Assembly (NCBI RefSeq): GCF_030144855.1
Contig: NC_082712.1
Location: 124,062,001-124,126,000, forward strand
DNA from: Hypanus sabinus
Taxonomy: Eukaryota
Length of the DNA: 64,000 nucleotides
Reading direction: 5' to 3'
Shown here one piece after another: positions 1 through 12,840 of the stretch (positions within the stretch are counted from its first letter, which is position 1; each line of letters begins with the position of its first letter). The position numbers and the translations under genes were made by a program. A model generated the notes under the pieces. That model was not told where the DNA came from and searched no databases. It saw only the letters and a program-made list of their open reading frames with translations.

Positions 1-2125
1 AAAATATTTGTATATTCACATAAGACAAGATATCTAAAACGATGAAGGAGTACAGACACTGCTATCACTTTATTTTCACAATGAGGTAACTATCCATTAT
101 TCCTGGCTTACGTGAACTTGAACAAGTCCATAGCAAGTTATCAACTTAAATATTTTCTTTCCCTCAGCTGACGCAATATTGTAACATCCCACATTTTTCA
201 CAACAGCTTTATTCTGTATCATGAAAACACAACTTCTCAGTTTTCCATTGGCATGCTCCACCTGACACTCTAACACTAGGAGATTTATGGCGTCTGAAAA
301 GGTATATAAATTTCATGGTGCACAGGGGAATAACATACATCTTAATCATGGGCTCATTCCTGCAAAATACCAAAGTGCAGGAGGGTTGGGGTGCAATGTG
401 ATAGAAAGCTGGACTCCAAGTACCTAAAGTCCATTCCTTCGCCTGATTTGTTGAAATATGGGCCTGCGACTTGGTGGCCAGAAGATACGATGAAGGAAAG
501 TCTCTGAAAAAGAACCTTTGGTGAGATCACTGAGATGTGGTTTCCTGGGGGGGGGGGGGGGGGGTTGGCAAAAATTAGAGGGATGGGGAATATAGCAGAG
601 GACCAGGAAGAGAAAATTAATAATTCATAACTGGGGGAACTTCGGGGAATGAAGGCAGAACAGTTGTGAGGGTTGAAAATTTCTCTTGATCTGTCTGAGA
701 AGGGTTCACAGTGTGAGATTTCATGGAATGGGACCTACTGAAGCAGTTCTATTTCAAGTAATGATAAAGCAGTCACATATTTGCAAATGTAAAGCAAAAT
801 CATCCGAATCTGTGTTGTATGACAATGAACAGCACTGGGAACTTTCAGGTTTCTCTCTGTTAGCTTGTAGAACAAAAAGGCAGGAAGGAAATTCAACTTC
901 CTTATACAGTTCTTTTAAAATTAAAATTGAATAAAGGAATAAAAAACATTGCAAAATCACTGCATGATCCATTTTCCAGGCCCCTATACTTTAATTAGAC
1001 TATCATTTTATATCATGCAGGTATAAAGTATAAAATGTAGACAGAGGACAAGGCCACTTCATCCCTCTAGCTTGTTCCACCATTCAATTGAATCATGGCT
1101 GGTTCAACATTCCTTGTCCATTGTCTTACGCTTTTCTCATAATGTTTGATTCCCTTACTGAGTAGAAATCTAGCTCAATTTTACATGTACCCAAACCCTT
1201 CTCCAACAACTCTGTGGCAAGGAATTCAAAGCATGTACAATGACCTGAGGGAAGAAATGCTCCCTATCTTAAAAGGGCACTCCTTATTTCCGGAGTAAAC
1301 ATCCCTTCAACATTAATTTTGTCTGGTCACCCAAGGTATTGTTCTTCTGAACTCTAGTGAGTCCCAATCTAGTTAACTTTTCCTCATAGGGAAAACTGAT
1401 TAATACATGGGATCATCTCGGTGAACCTTCTCTGAACTTCCTCCAATGAAATAATAATTTTCTTTAATTAGGTTGACTGAAATTGTCCACAGTACTCTCA
1501 ATGTGATTTTGCTGATGTCTTCTACCATTGTTATAAGTTTATTATACTCTATTCCCCCTTGAAATAATAAGCAATATTTATTATTTCAAATAACAAGTAA
1601 TATTTACCGTAAATCTAGCTAGTGTAAATTTCCTTCATTCCTCTAAATCAACAGTTAGTATTGTAAACCCAGCCCTAGTTCGACTGATATCCCACCATTC
1701 ACAGATTGCAAACCTGAAAGAGATAGGCCCATCCCCCACCCTCTGCTTCCTACTTGCTAGTCAATCATTTATTGATATCAATATGGTCTCTTCAACATGG
1801 TGGGCTCTTGTGATTTTAGCAATTTATTTACAACGTATGAAGAGTGAGCAGAGGCAAGACACAAATCAGCCACTGAAAAACAGAATAACCAAACGAGCTG
1901 CACGTTCACCAACACAAATGCGCAATTCAACCAGTCTAAGGAAGCATGTGATGATCCTGAAACTTAGCTAGAGGAGATCATTCACTGGACTATAGCCTGC
2001 TTATATGTTACTAGTTGTGTAAATAGATGATCTAATGCTCAGGGTAAGCTAACAGACACGGGAAGTAGTAGTTCAGTCTGGCCCCTTGGATGAGGAAACA
2101 ACCCAAGACACTACCTGGGGCTAAG

Positions 2126-2129
<4 letters not shown>

Positions 2130-2161
<32 letters not shown>
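2130..2161. repeat. (TA)n microsatellite
   Basis: About 16 perfect TA units. Confidence 0.95.
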
Positions 2162-2167
<6 letters not shown>

Positions 2168-3269
2168 GGGTAAACCAAACTGTTTTTCTAAGTATAAATA
2201 GAAAATGTTGGAAACTCATCAGCCGGTTAGACAGTACTTTTGCTGAGAGAAACAGTTAATGCTTTAAGGCAACAGCTAAAAAGGGATTGAACAAGTACAA
2301 CGGCAGGAAAGGTGGAGGAGACATGAGAACATAAAGGTAAAATCTGCAATAGGGCGGAGGACAAGAAATGTTAAATGATTCACAGCCCCGGATAGCTTCA
2401 TGTAGAAATTTCCAGCATGTTCATTAATTTGTTTAGGCATTACTTTTAAGTCATTTGAATAAAATGCATTATCAAGAAAGAATGTATGAAATTTAACTAT
2501 TTTTGCCTTCTCATGGGATATGTGGAATATTTTAAATTTCCCTCACACAGGTCTGTTTCCATGAACATACAATGGTCCTGAAGTACTGCTTCCTGTCCTT
2601 ACTCAAAAATATATCACCCCTGCTTCTGCATGTCATGTGACCTTGTTTTGGCTTCCTTTCCTTAACTTCCCCACCTCCATTTCAAGCAAGGATAGCTATG
2701 AATATTTAAGCCCATTGATCTGCAAGACTATATTTCTTCCTGTAAAGTTTTCTTTGGTGTCACTGTCTCAACTACATTGATTCTGATGGCACATTCCACT
2801 TCCCTGCAAAGATTATCCCTCACTGTGATAGGCAAGGCTCTGACTCCAGATTCTAATAATTTCTTCCAGGCACTCAAATTACTTTGTAATTAAATGTTTC
2901 TTCCAATTTAGTATTTCCATTATTTACAATCAGACTTTTTATACTAGGGATTTGGAATTTCAAATATAGATTGAGTCACTACTGCATGAATTACTTGCAT
3001 TGAAAAAACCTATAGATAAGCAAACATTTCTCAAAGCCTATCACTTTAATTCTCATTTCTTCCCCAGTTCTGACCTCATGTTCTATGAAATCCCCTTGAG
3101 TTCCAAGAAAGTTGAACACTATCTCCAGAAACAAGTGATCACTGATTCAGCGATCTGCAGTCTTCCAGATCCTCTAGTGAGTAAAAATAACTAGATTACA
3201 ACACCCACCCATTTTATCAGATAGTTATTCTTGGCATTAATACTGTTTGTTTATTGAGAAACAGCTCAG

Positions 3270-3520
3270 AGGAGGCTTTTCAGACCCTTTGAGCCATGCC
3301 GCCCAGCAATTCCGATTTAATCCTAGCCTCATCACGGGACAGTTTACAATGACCAATTAACCTACCAACTGGCATGCCTTTGGACTCTGGGAGGAAACCC
3401 GAGCACCCAGAGGAAACCCACATGATCACAGGGACAAGCTCATTGCAGGCAGTAGCAAGTATTGAACCTGGGTCGCTGGTACCGTAAAAGTGGTGTGCTA
3501 ATCACTACACCACCATGCTG
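3270..3520 (-). mobile_element. tRNA-derived V-SINE (HE1-like)
   Basis: - strand has an A/B-box-like head followed by the V-domain GGGTTTCCTCTGGGTGCTCGGGTTTCCTCCCAGAGTCCAAAG...GGTTAATTGG. Related decayed copies at about 7975-8180 (+) and about 11310-11465 (-). Confidence 0.7.
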
Positions 3521-3749
3521 CTCCTTTATTGTTGTAATTTTTTATTGTAATTTGTTATTCCATTAGGCACAGTGAAGCAACATTTCATTCTGACAACACA
3601 CAGTTGCAGCAACCTGGCTTCAATATCAAACCCCAGGGCTATCTGGCTAGAACTTGCATATCCTGTCTCACTCTGTGGGGCTTCCATCATGTCATAAATG
3701 ATTGCTCATGGCCATTGTTGAAGTGGGCAGAGTAAAGTGGTGAACTGAG

Positions 3750-3997
3750 TGTGGTGAACTACATATACCTGTCTGGACATGCCACCCCCCCCCCCCACCC
3801 CGCTGACTGCTCCTGTGGCCCCTCCCACTGACTATGGCTCCTCCCACAGACCCCCGTATAAAGGTGATTGGAGCCTGAGCCCAGCCTCAGTCTCCAGGAT
3901 GTAGTCTGGTGGTCAACTACTGCTTGTTCTTTCTTCCAGTCAATAAAAGCCATTATCTCACCTTCATGTCTCAGAGAGAGTTATTGATGGTGCATCA
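3750..3997 (+). mobile_element. Solo LTR (about 248 bp)
   Basis: TG...CA ends, TATAAA at about 3857, AATAAA at about 3942. Flanks CTGAG/ATGAG look like a 5-bp TSD with one mismatch. Confidence 0.65.
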
Positions 3998-4099
3998 ATG
4001 AGGTGTGCTTCTGAGAGAAGAGGTGGAGGCCAAGGTCCCAGAGACCATTGTGGATCAGCCACTGTGCGAGTGGGCCAGAGAAGGAATCTAAGATCTGAG

Positions 4100-4853
4100 C
4101 AACGTTCCCTCTAAGATGCGCACAAGTGCATTCACACACGTTTTGCTACTGGCATACTAAAGAAACAGCGCGAAAAAGGTTGGCATGTTAACTATATTTC
4201 ATGATCACACACAATCACATTTCTTTTTCCAGTTTCTGACATGGACTGTGTTGACAATGTGGAATTTGTGATAATTTGTCTGCAGATTTTAGAACTGGCT
4301 AATTTATACCGTCTGCATTGAAAAACTTCTTGATGCACCATGTTGAATTCCAAAGAAACAAAGGGTGTGAATTGCAAAAGAACTGCTCGTTCATTTAAAG
4401 CAGAATAGCTTAATGAAACAGTAGAGATTGCTACACCAAAACCTCACAAGGTCAGGAACATGCAGCTACAAGAAATATTATGTACAATACAGAAACTGGT
4501 GTAACCTGCATTTATTGCTGAAGAACTTGCAACAGGGAAGAAAGTGGAGTGATATTTTGAAACTTGACTTTTTAAAGCATCATTTAGCAAGCAAATCACA
4601 TATGGGCAAAGGCTCCAGGGAGAAAATTCTTCAATATCTGCTAAAGGTCTGCTACACATTTTGTGCAGATGAATGGGAGCAAAAATGATCAAACTGAGAG
4701 AAGATCAAAGATCTTATTGACAGTGTTTTGCCAGCTGTTAAAATGAATACGTTTATATATAAAATTCAGATCGCACATGTTGTCACTGGGCAAAAAACTG
4801 CCCAGCACAAGATTTTTGTGCACATTGGTCACTATAAACTGGAGAGAACTTTG
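4100..4853 (+). mobile_element. Non-autonomous hAT-type DNA transposon derivative
   Basis: Imperfect TIRs CAACGTTCCCTCTAA / CTGGAGAGAACTTTG (11/15). 8-bp flanks GATCTGAG/GTTCTGGG (6/8). Internal decayed zinc-finger-like peptide KWSDILKLDFLKHHLASKSH. Confidence 0.55.
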
Positions 4854-6252
4854 GTTCTGGGACTTTGGCTCGGGAGGCTTCAGTAAGGCGGCACAGGTGA
4901 GAAGCAGGTAAGAATAGGCAAGGTTTTTTGTATGTAGTAGTATTAACTAAAAAGGTACCTATTTAAACAAATTAAATGAAATAGGGGTGCAGGATCGATA
5001 GCTGCATGATATGGGAGTTGGACTCCACTGTGGTTCCTGGTGACCACAACTACAGCAAGACCTGGTTGCTGGAGGAATTCAGGCTCAAGGTTAATGACCT
5101 GGAATCTGAGGTTGAAATAAGCGATGCATTAGGAAAGAGCCTCCTGTGTTTCAGCAGGCTGTCACTTCCATCAGACTGACTACTTCAAATTTGATCTGAG
5201 GCCAGGTATGACTCCAAGTGAGGCAGGTAGGGGGATCCAATAGGTGGTGTAAGACGAGCATCAGCCCCTGAACTTGCCCAATATTCCCGAGATTGTTGCT
5301 CCGTGTAAGGATGAGAGTGGGTGCTGTAGGAAGGATGCGCAACCGAACTGCGGCACATTGTGGGGGGGTGGGAGAGAGAAGATTTGTAGTGGTAATTTGG
5401 GATAGTAGAGTCAGGGGAATCTACAATTCTCTTCCACAATGGATCAAGAATCCCAAAGGCTGTGTTGTCTGTCTGATGCCTTCTGAGGAATTTGGAGTGA
5501 GAAGACCTAGTCATTGTGGATATTTAAAGCTGAGGTTGAAAGGTTCTTGATTAGTAAGGGTATCAAGGGTTATGGGGAGAATTCAGGAGAATGGGCTTGA
5601 GAGGGGGAAAAATCAGACATGATTGAATGGTGGAGCAAACGATGGGCTGAATGCCTAATTCTGCTCCTATGTTTTATGATCTTGTACAGCATGGAAACCT
5701 AAAATACATCCCCAGTTCTACCATAGGAACAGAACACTACAGTCCACCCCTTGCTCCACTATTATTGTTTTTGAGCAAATGTACTATTCTGCAGTTTTCC
5801 CTCTCCTCTCTGTTACATAAATTATGTACAATTCATATGTTGTGTTTCCTGAACTTGTCAATCTGCACAAGGATTTTTTTGTACATTCAGCTCACGGTAT
5901 TGTGCACACAGCAATAGACACAACTTGACTTGAACCAGTCATTGGCCCACAATATCTGTGACCCATCTCCATTGATCCCGTCTCCCAGCACTTGCCCATA
6001 GTCTTCTATCTCTGGGCAATTTCCACCCACATCTGCTAGCAGACTTACTGTAAATTGCCTGGAGTCTTGGTGGGAGGCGAGGGAATGTTGCGGGCAGGTG
6101 ATCATGTCACAGAGAATAGGTTAGCTAGGGGCCACTAGGTGGGGGATTGTGACTAAAGGGAATGTTTTTACTAACCAATGGGATGCAGTTCCAAAATCTG
6201 ATATTATGATTTGTTTCCTTTTGCACCAGCATTACATTCAATTTGTACTGAC

Positions 6253-6526
6253 AACACACTCAAAATGCGGGAGGAACTCGCCAGGCCAGGTAGCACCGTT
6301 GGAAAGGAGTGAACAGTCGACGTTTCGGGCCAAGACCCTTCATCAGGACTGGTGTACTGTACCTCTCCCAGTCACTTCCATGACTGGGATTCTCTCTCCG
6401 CCGCCTGCAGACTCCTGATGAAGGATCTCGTCCCAAAACGTCGACCCTTTTCCGTAGCCTGCTGCGTTCCTGCAGCATTTTGTGTGTTGCTCGGGTTTCC
6501 AGCATCTGCAGATTTTCCCGTGTTTG
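6253..6526. mobile_element. Penelope-like insertion made of two inverted pLTR ends
   Basis: Arms at about 6253-6351 and about 6411-6490 are reverse complements, each with a CTGATGA...AAACGTCGAC motif. Diverged 14-bp TSD CAATTTGTACTGAC / CAATCTATCCTGAC. Confidence 0.7.
6314..6351 (-). ncRNA. Minimal type-I hammerhead ribozyme motif (Penelope-associated)
   Basis: - strand reads CAGUC CUGAUGA A GGGU CUUG GCCC GAAAC GUC GACUG. Core is intact, stem I is CAGUC/GACUG, stem II has 4 bp, and stem III is the palindromic ACGU. Confidence 0.6.
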
Positions 6527-6854
6527 CAATCTATCCTGACTTCTCTTGGCCAGCATTTGCATCCCTGCCCTCAAGACAACGTCACTGGCATCACCCCTCG
6601 CCTCTCCATCTGGTCAAAACCTTCAGGTGCTGCACCTGCTTGTAAAATATCTTTCCGCCAGATGAAATATTTTCTTTCCTCTCTCCTACAATCCCCAGAC
6701 ACTTCCCGTGCGTAAAATGTGCACCTCCAACAGACGACTGCGCCCAAGGTACCTCGCTGATAGTTGGGGAGTTCTGGGACGGGTGAAAGGATGAGATTAG
6801 AGGCGAGAGAGACTCCTGTCCCGGGAACAGGGCGTCTCTGATTTCGTTTCTTAC

Positions 6855-7044
6855 CCAGGCAGGCTCTGCTGACCAAGGCAGTGGCTGTCAGCGCGCCGGC
6901 CGATGCCCCGTAGATGTTGCTGGCGTTGTGCACCAGCTGCGGGGCGTGCTCGCACAGGCAGCTGGCCACTCCGATATGGTAGATGCCCAGAAACCCGCAG
7001 CCGGCGAACGAAATGCTCCAGGACGAGTCCTCGGGCCGCAGCAT
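6855..7044 (-). CDS. PNPLA2: Patatin-like phospholipase PNPLA2 (ATGL), first coding exon (63 codons + 1 nt); the rest of the gene lies beyond the left end of the window
   Basis: Translation [63 protein letters not shown] has the patatin GCGFLG oxyanion loop and the GASAG (GxSxG) catalytic Ser. Ends in a phase-1 donor CTGG|GTAAG. Position next to RPLP2 supports PNPLA2 rather than PNPLA3. Confidence 0.92.
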
Positions 7045-7335
7045 CTCCTCCGCGGGATCAACTTCAAACGACGTCCTCCAGCAAACGTACTCGGAGCCGG
7101 CTTCTGACTGCCTCCGGCTGCCGCGCTCACATCTTCCGCAAAGCTGCCGCACCGACGCCTCCGAGCACCCTACTCCTGCCCGGCTCCGGGGCGCTCCAGG
7201 ATTTCTCGCTTCCTCCCTCCACCCCAGCCAATTAGCTTCGCGACCCACCATGAATGACCCTTAAGTTAGCCAATCACCGAGCTCCCAGCCCAGCACGTCA
7301 CACAGCTGTCAATCGCTGCCCGTGAAACGTCAGCC
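7045..7335 (-). promoter_or_regulatory. CpG-rich PNPLA2 5'UTR/promoter
   Basis: CpG-dense segment about 6860-7335. CCAAT boxes at about 7228-7232 and 7270-7274. TGACGTG (CRE/ATF-like) at 7294-7300 and TGACGT at about 7327-7332, both on the - strand. Confidence 0.6.
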
Positions 7336-8824
7336 TTGTTTTTATATGTAGATTATGATCATACACGGAAGGTGCTGCCACTAATTACAGTATACAGTAC
7401 AATGTGCAAGGATATAGGGAATGATGGCAATATCCCTGACACGTATTTATACATTTTCTTTATTTTCAGATTTCCAGCATGTGCAATATTATATTGTTGT
7501 CATTCTGATTCTCAAAGTTTAAAACAGCAGAATACGCCCATGGGGAAGATATTTTAAACTCAACGCAGAAACAAACCGATTTATTTAGCCTTTTAACATA
7601 GAAAAGCTTCTCAAAATATCTCAGCAGGACCTATCATGCTCCTGGAACTCGGCAGGTCGAAAGCATTGTCCGAGTGTGAGAAGTTAGGGAGGGGAATTAT
7701 ACGTTTCCCCCCACAGATGCTGCTCGGTTCGCTGTGTTCCTGTTTGTTGCTCCAGGTTCCAGCGTCCTGCAGTCTCTGCCTCCAGCTATTATAACGAAAC
7801 TGGATACCAAACATACACAAGGTCGCCTTTGTAGAAGAGGTAGGCAGCGGGCTCATGTGTAGACAACGGCAGGGATTGCATGGTGAACGGAAAAGACAAT
7901 ATTCGCTACCAGAGTTTCAGCGGCAATGCTAACTGCCCAGTGCGGGGTTAAGGGCTCTTCTCGGAGTGGGACAGAAGGGCGCCACGGTAACTTAGCAGTT
8001 AGCGCAACGCTATTACAGCCCGCAGTGTCGGAGTTCAGAGTTCAATTCCGGCATTCTCTTTTTAGCAAACTTGAGCATTCCTTCCTGTGTGTCCTCCCAG
8101 AGTCCAAAGATGTGCCGGTTATTGGTTAGTTAGCCACTGTAAGTTGTCCTGTCGGTGGGTTGCTGGGCGAGAATAACTGTGTTGCTGAGAGAATCCTGGG
8201 TGTTATCGGCACATAGGTAGAATCGGGTACTGTGTTTTTGGGCTGATCGTACACAAAAGACAAAAGTCCGGGGGGGGGGGGGGTGGAACAAAACATTAAG
8301 ATGTTGTCACAGAAAAAAAGATGTTGGCTACATCATTTTAGATAAAGAAACAGACGCAAGAGATTACTCAGACACTGGAAATCTTGATAATTACATACAA
8401 AGTGCTAGAGGAACTCAGAAAGTCAGGCAACATCTATGAAGAGGAATAATATGAAGACCGAAAGAACGGGGCAAAAGCTAGGATAAGCATGTGCGGGGGG
8501 CGGGGGGGGAGAGCGCAAAGGGTACAAGCTAGTTAGTGATAGGTGACTGCAGGTGCGGGGAAGCTGGGTGGCAATTGATATGAAAAGTTGGGAGGTGATA
8601 TGTGGAAGAGTTAAAGGGCTGAAGAAGAAAAAGGAATCTGATAGGAGAGGTCAGTGGAATAAAAGGAGGGAGGTCATGGAGGCAGGTAAGAAGTGAGCCC
8701 AGTCTCACCTGCAAGAGGATGTTCAATGATATTCACGGCTGGAGAGAGGCTGCGAGGAAGAGGAATGAATATGTCATAATCACCTGGATATCATTTTTGA
8801 TTTTGCTGTGATGCAAGCTGGTTA

Positions 8825-9725
8825 GAATTGAATTGACTTTATTATTTACATCCTTCATATACATGACGAGCAAAAATCTTTACATCTTTGTCTAAATGTG
8901 CAATTTATAGTAATTTATAATAAATAGTATGTACAACAGGACAGTCAATATAACATAGAAAAACAGTTGTATCAGCATGAATTAATCAATCTGATGGCCT
9001 GGCAGAAGAAGCTGTCCTGGGGCCTGTTGGCCCTGGCTTTTATGCTGCGGTACCGTTTCCGGGATGGCAGCAGCTGGAACAGTTTGTGGTTGCAGTGACT
9101 CAGGTTCCCAATGATCCTTCGGGGCCCTTTTTACACACCTGTGTTTGTAAATGTCCTGAACAGTAGGAAGTTCACATCTACAGACGTGCTAGGCTGTCCG
9201 CACCCCTCTCTGTAGAGTTGTGTGATTGAAGGAGGTACAGTTCCCATACCAGGCAGTGATGCAGCCAGTCAGGATGCTCTCAATTGTGCCCCCATAGAAA
9301 GTTCTTAGGATTTGGGGGCCCAGACCAATCTTCTTCAGTGAAAGAGGTGCCTTTTTCACCACACAGCCGGTATGTACAGACCACGTGAGATCCTCGGTGA
9401 TGCTTATGCCGAGGAACTTAAAGCTGTTCCCCCTCTCAACCCTAGATCCATTGATGTCAATAGTGGCTAGCCTGTCTCCATTCTTCCCTAGTCCACAACC
9501 AGCTCCTTTGTTTTTGTGACATTGAGGGAGAGGTTGTTATCTTGACAACCGCTGAGTCAGGGTGATGACTTCTTCTCTGTAGGCTGCCTCATTATTATTT
9601 GAGATTAGGCCAATCAGTGTAGTATCGTCAGCAAATTTAATTAGGAGATTGGAGCTGTGGGTTGCGACACAGTCATGGGTGTACAGAGAGTAAAGGAGGG
9701 GGCTTAGTACACAGCCCTGAGAGAA
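8825..9725 (-). mobile_element. Rex1/Babar-like LINE, 3' fragment
   Basis: QGCVLSPLLYSLYTHDC...IKFADDTT RT motif. 3' tail AATAAAGTCAATTCAATTC is shared with the copy at 34515-35190. Confidence 0.8.
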
Positions 9726-10104
9726 TGATTCTTTCCAGAAATTAATGCTAAAACTATGGATTTTAACCTTACAGAGTCTGACAATATTCCTGCTCTTTAC
9801 CTGCCCCAGCAATTAGCTCACCAGCTAGGCAAACTATTGAGACCCAATGGAATACTTGACAGCAATCTGATATTGGTTTATTCTGCGATGTACCAGCCAG
9901 GCTAAAAGTGTTCAGTCATTCATAGGCACACTTCGTCATCTCATAATTTAAGTATCCATTAAGGATTAACTCAGAGTGAGCCTTCTATGACCAGGAATGT
10001 GCTATTGCACAATTTTCACTTTGTAGTTTAGTTATCTTTGGGATTAATGCTACTGGGTAATCTGAATTATTTTCCAGGGATGGCATGTGACCGCATTTTT
10101 TCAT

Positions 10105-10985
10105 GTTTTATGCCAATAATTTGTATGATGGAATAAGTGGGTTCCTGACCAAGTTTGCAGACAATATGAAGATAAGTGGAGAGGCCAACAGTACTGAGGA
10201 AGCAGTGAGTCTGCAGAAGGACTTGAACAGAGAGGGAGATGGGAAAAATAAATAGCAGATGGGTAAAAGTGTACGGTCATGCACTTTGATAGAAGGCATG
10301 AAGCTGTAGACTTTTGTCTGAACAGAATTGAATTTGGGTGATGGAATTGATGGCCTTGTGGCCAAGATCAGTACAGATAGTGTTGAGGAAGCAGGGAGTG
10401 GGCAGAAGAACTTTGACAGATTGGGAGAATAGGTAAATTAGTGGCAGATGGAATATAATGTAGGGAAATGTATGGTCATGCACTTTTTAGTAGACGGAAT
10501 AAAGGCATAGACTGTTTTCTAAATGGAGAGAAGAGCCAGAAATTAAAGTGCAAAAGGACTAGGATTCCCTAAAAATTAACTTGTAGGTTGATTCGGTGGT
10601 AAGGAAGGCAAATGCAATGTTAGCATTCATTTTGAGAGAACTAGTATATAAAAGCCAGATGTAATGCTGAAGTTATAAATAGTTTATAGAGCTGCAATAT
10701 TGCCTTGTAGCTCTTGAACCTAATCTTCTGACTAAACAAAAGCCATCACACCATATCAACTTACACAGTTATTATAAGGGACCTCTGGTGTGGACCACGA
10801 GATCCCTCTGTTCCTCCATAATAAAAACCATTAACCCTGTATTTTGACTTCAAATATGACCTTCCAAAGTGAATCACTTCACACCTTTCTGGGTTGAACT
10901 CCATCTGCCACTTCTCAGCCCATCTCTGCATCCTGTCAATGTCCCATTGTAACCTACAACAGCCCTCCACTCTATCCACAACTTG
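10105..10985. mobile_element. CR1 LINE fragments (+ about 10105-10670, - about 10770-10985)
   Basis: KFADD-like motif and WQMEFNPERCEVIHFG. Confidence 0.75.
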
Positions 10986-11459
10986 GTAGGTATTTGGAAT
11001 GTGACTCCTTACCCATAAATGTGTTAGATACTTAACTGTTCTGAAAAGCCATTCAGTTCAGAAGGTAATTGAGAATAGATGGTAAATATGAGCCTTACTA
11101 CTGATATTAACACGCAAAAAATAAATATTTAAAAAATATTAAAAATGTGGAAGTTGAGACAAATAAAAGCAGGGTTTAAAGATTTTTTTAAAAAGATTAG
11201 CTTTATTTAGCATTTACATTGAAACATCGACATACACAGTGAAATTTGATTACATCAAATACAATCAGCGAGGATTGTGCTGGGGGCTGCCCACAAGTGT
11301 CACCACATTTCAGGTGCCAACATAGCATGCCCACAACTTACTAACCCTCACCCTAACAGTTTCTGGAAAGTGAGAGAAACCTACGCAGCCATAGGGAGAA
11401 TGACCAAACTCATTACAGATAGTGGCAGGAATTCAGCCCCAATCGGTGATCACTGGTGC

Positions 11460-12840
11460 TGTAATCTCTGTAAGTGTTTTGAGAGGCTGGTGATGAAACA
11501 TATCAGCTCCTGCATGAGAGTCAACTTGGATCTGCTCCAATTGGCCTACTGGAGCAATATGTCCATGACAGATGGTGTTCACTCAATCCTGGAACATCCG
11601 GACAGCAAACATGCGCGTACATCAGGGTGCTCTTTACCATTTACAACTTAGCATTCAACACCATCATCCCCCTCAAACCTAATGAATAAGCTCCAAGTCT
11701 TTGGCCTCAACAACTCTTTGTGCAATTGGATCCTGAATTTCATCACTTATAAACCCCAGTCAGTTCAGATTGGCAAAATCTCCTCCATGATCTCCATCAG
11801 CACAGATGCACCACAAGGATGTCTGCTTAGCCCCTGGTTCCACTTGCTTCACACTTATGACTACGTGGCTAAGCACAGCTCCAACACCATATGCGAGTTT
11901 GCTGATGGCACCACTATTGTGGGCTGAAACAAAGGCGAGGATGAATCAGCATACAGGAGGGAGACTGAAAATTTGGCTGAGTAGCGTCATAACAAAAACC
12001 TCTCACTCAATGTCAGCAAGACCAAGGAGAGGTCTATTGACTTCAGGAGAGGGAAACCAGAGGTTCATAAGCCAGATCTCAACTGAGGATCAGAGATAGA
12101 GAGAGTTAGCAACTTTAATTTCCTGGGTGTTACAATTTCAGAGGATCTGTCCTGGACCCAATGTTGGCGTGTGGCCAAGTGGTTAAGGTATTCGTCTAGT
12201 GATCTGAAGGTCGCTAGTTCGAGCCTTGGCTGAGGTTGCGTGTGTGTCCTTGAGCAAGCCACTTAACCACACATTGCTCTGTAATGACACTGGCGGTGCC
12301 AAGCTGTATGGGTCCTAACGCCCTTCCCTTGGACAACATCGTTGGCGTGGAGAGGGGAGGTGGGCAACTGCCGGTTTTCCATACAACCTTGCCCAGGCTT
12401 GCGCCCTGGAAACTTTCCAAGGCGCAAATCCATGGTCTATCAGAGGCCTACACACACACACCTGGACCCAGCACATAAGTGCAAGTGTGAAGAAAACACG
12501 GCAGCAGCTCTACTTCCTTATGAGTCTGCAGAGATCTGGCATGACATCTGAAACTTTGACAAATCTCTATACAAAAGGGGATAACTACACTCACAAAGGC
12601 CACCCAATGAGGTGTTCCCACAACCAATGATCTCACTTTAAGGACTCTATCTTGTTATTTATTGCTATTTATTTATATTTGCATTTGCAATTTGCACAGT
12701 TTGTTCTGCACTCTGATTGATCTTTGATTCTTTTACAGTTACTATTCTATATTGAGTATGCCCACAGGAAGATGAATCTCAGGATTGTACATGCTGACAT
12801 ATATGTACTTTAATAATAAAATTTACTTTGAACTTTTATT
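11460..12840 (+). mobile_element. Rex1/Babar-like LINE fragment interrupted by a SINE
   Basis: KCFERLV, NWILNF, APQGCLLSP and FADGTT motifs; AATAAA-containing tail. Confidence 0.75.
12161..12460 (+). mobile_element. tRNA-derived SINE with a CORE-like segment and (CA)n tail
   Basis: A box TGGCCAAGTGG, B box GTTCGAGCC, segment GTGTCCTTGAGCAAGCCACTTAAC. Perfect 10-bp TSD CCTGGACCCA at 12151-12160 and 12461-12470. Confidence 0.85.

Noticed and set aside
6571-7251. 226-aa ORF suggesting a 69-aa N-terminal extension of PNPLA2 and a read-through C-terminus
   Set aside because: The upstream ATG lies among the CCAAT boxes, probably 5' of the TSS. Homology starts at Met 7044 and ends at the GT donor at 6854.
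12164-12235. tRNA gene
   Set aside because: It is the tRNA-derived head of a TSD-flanked SINE and lacks a proper acceptor stem and terminator.
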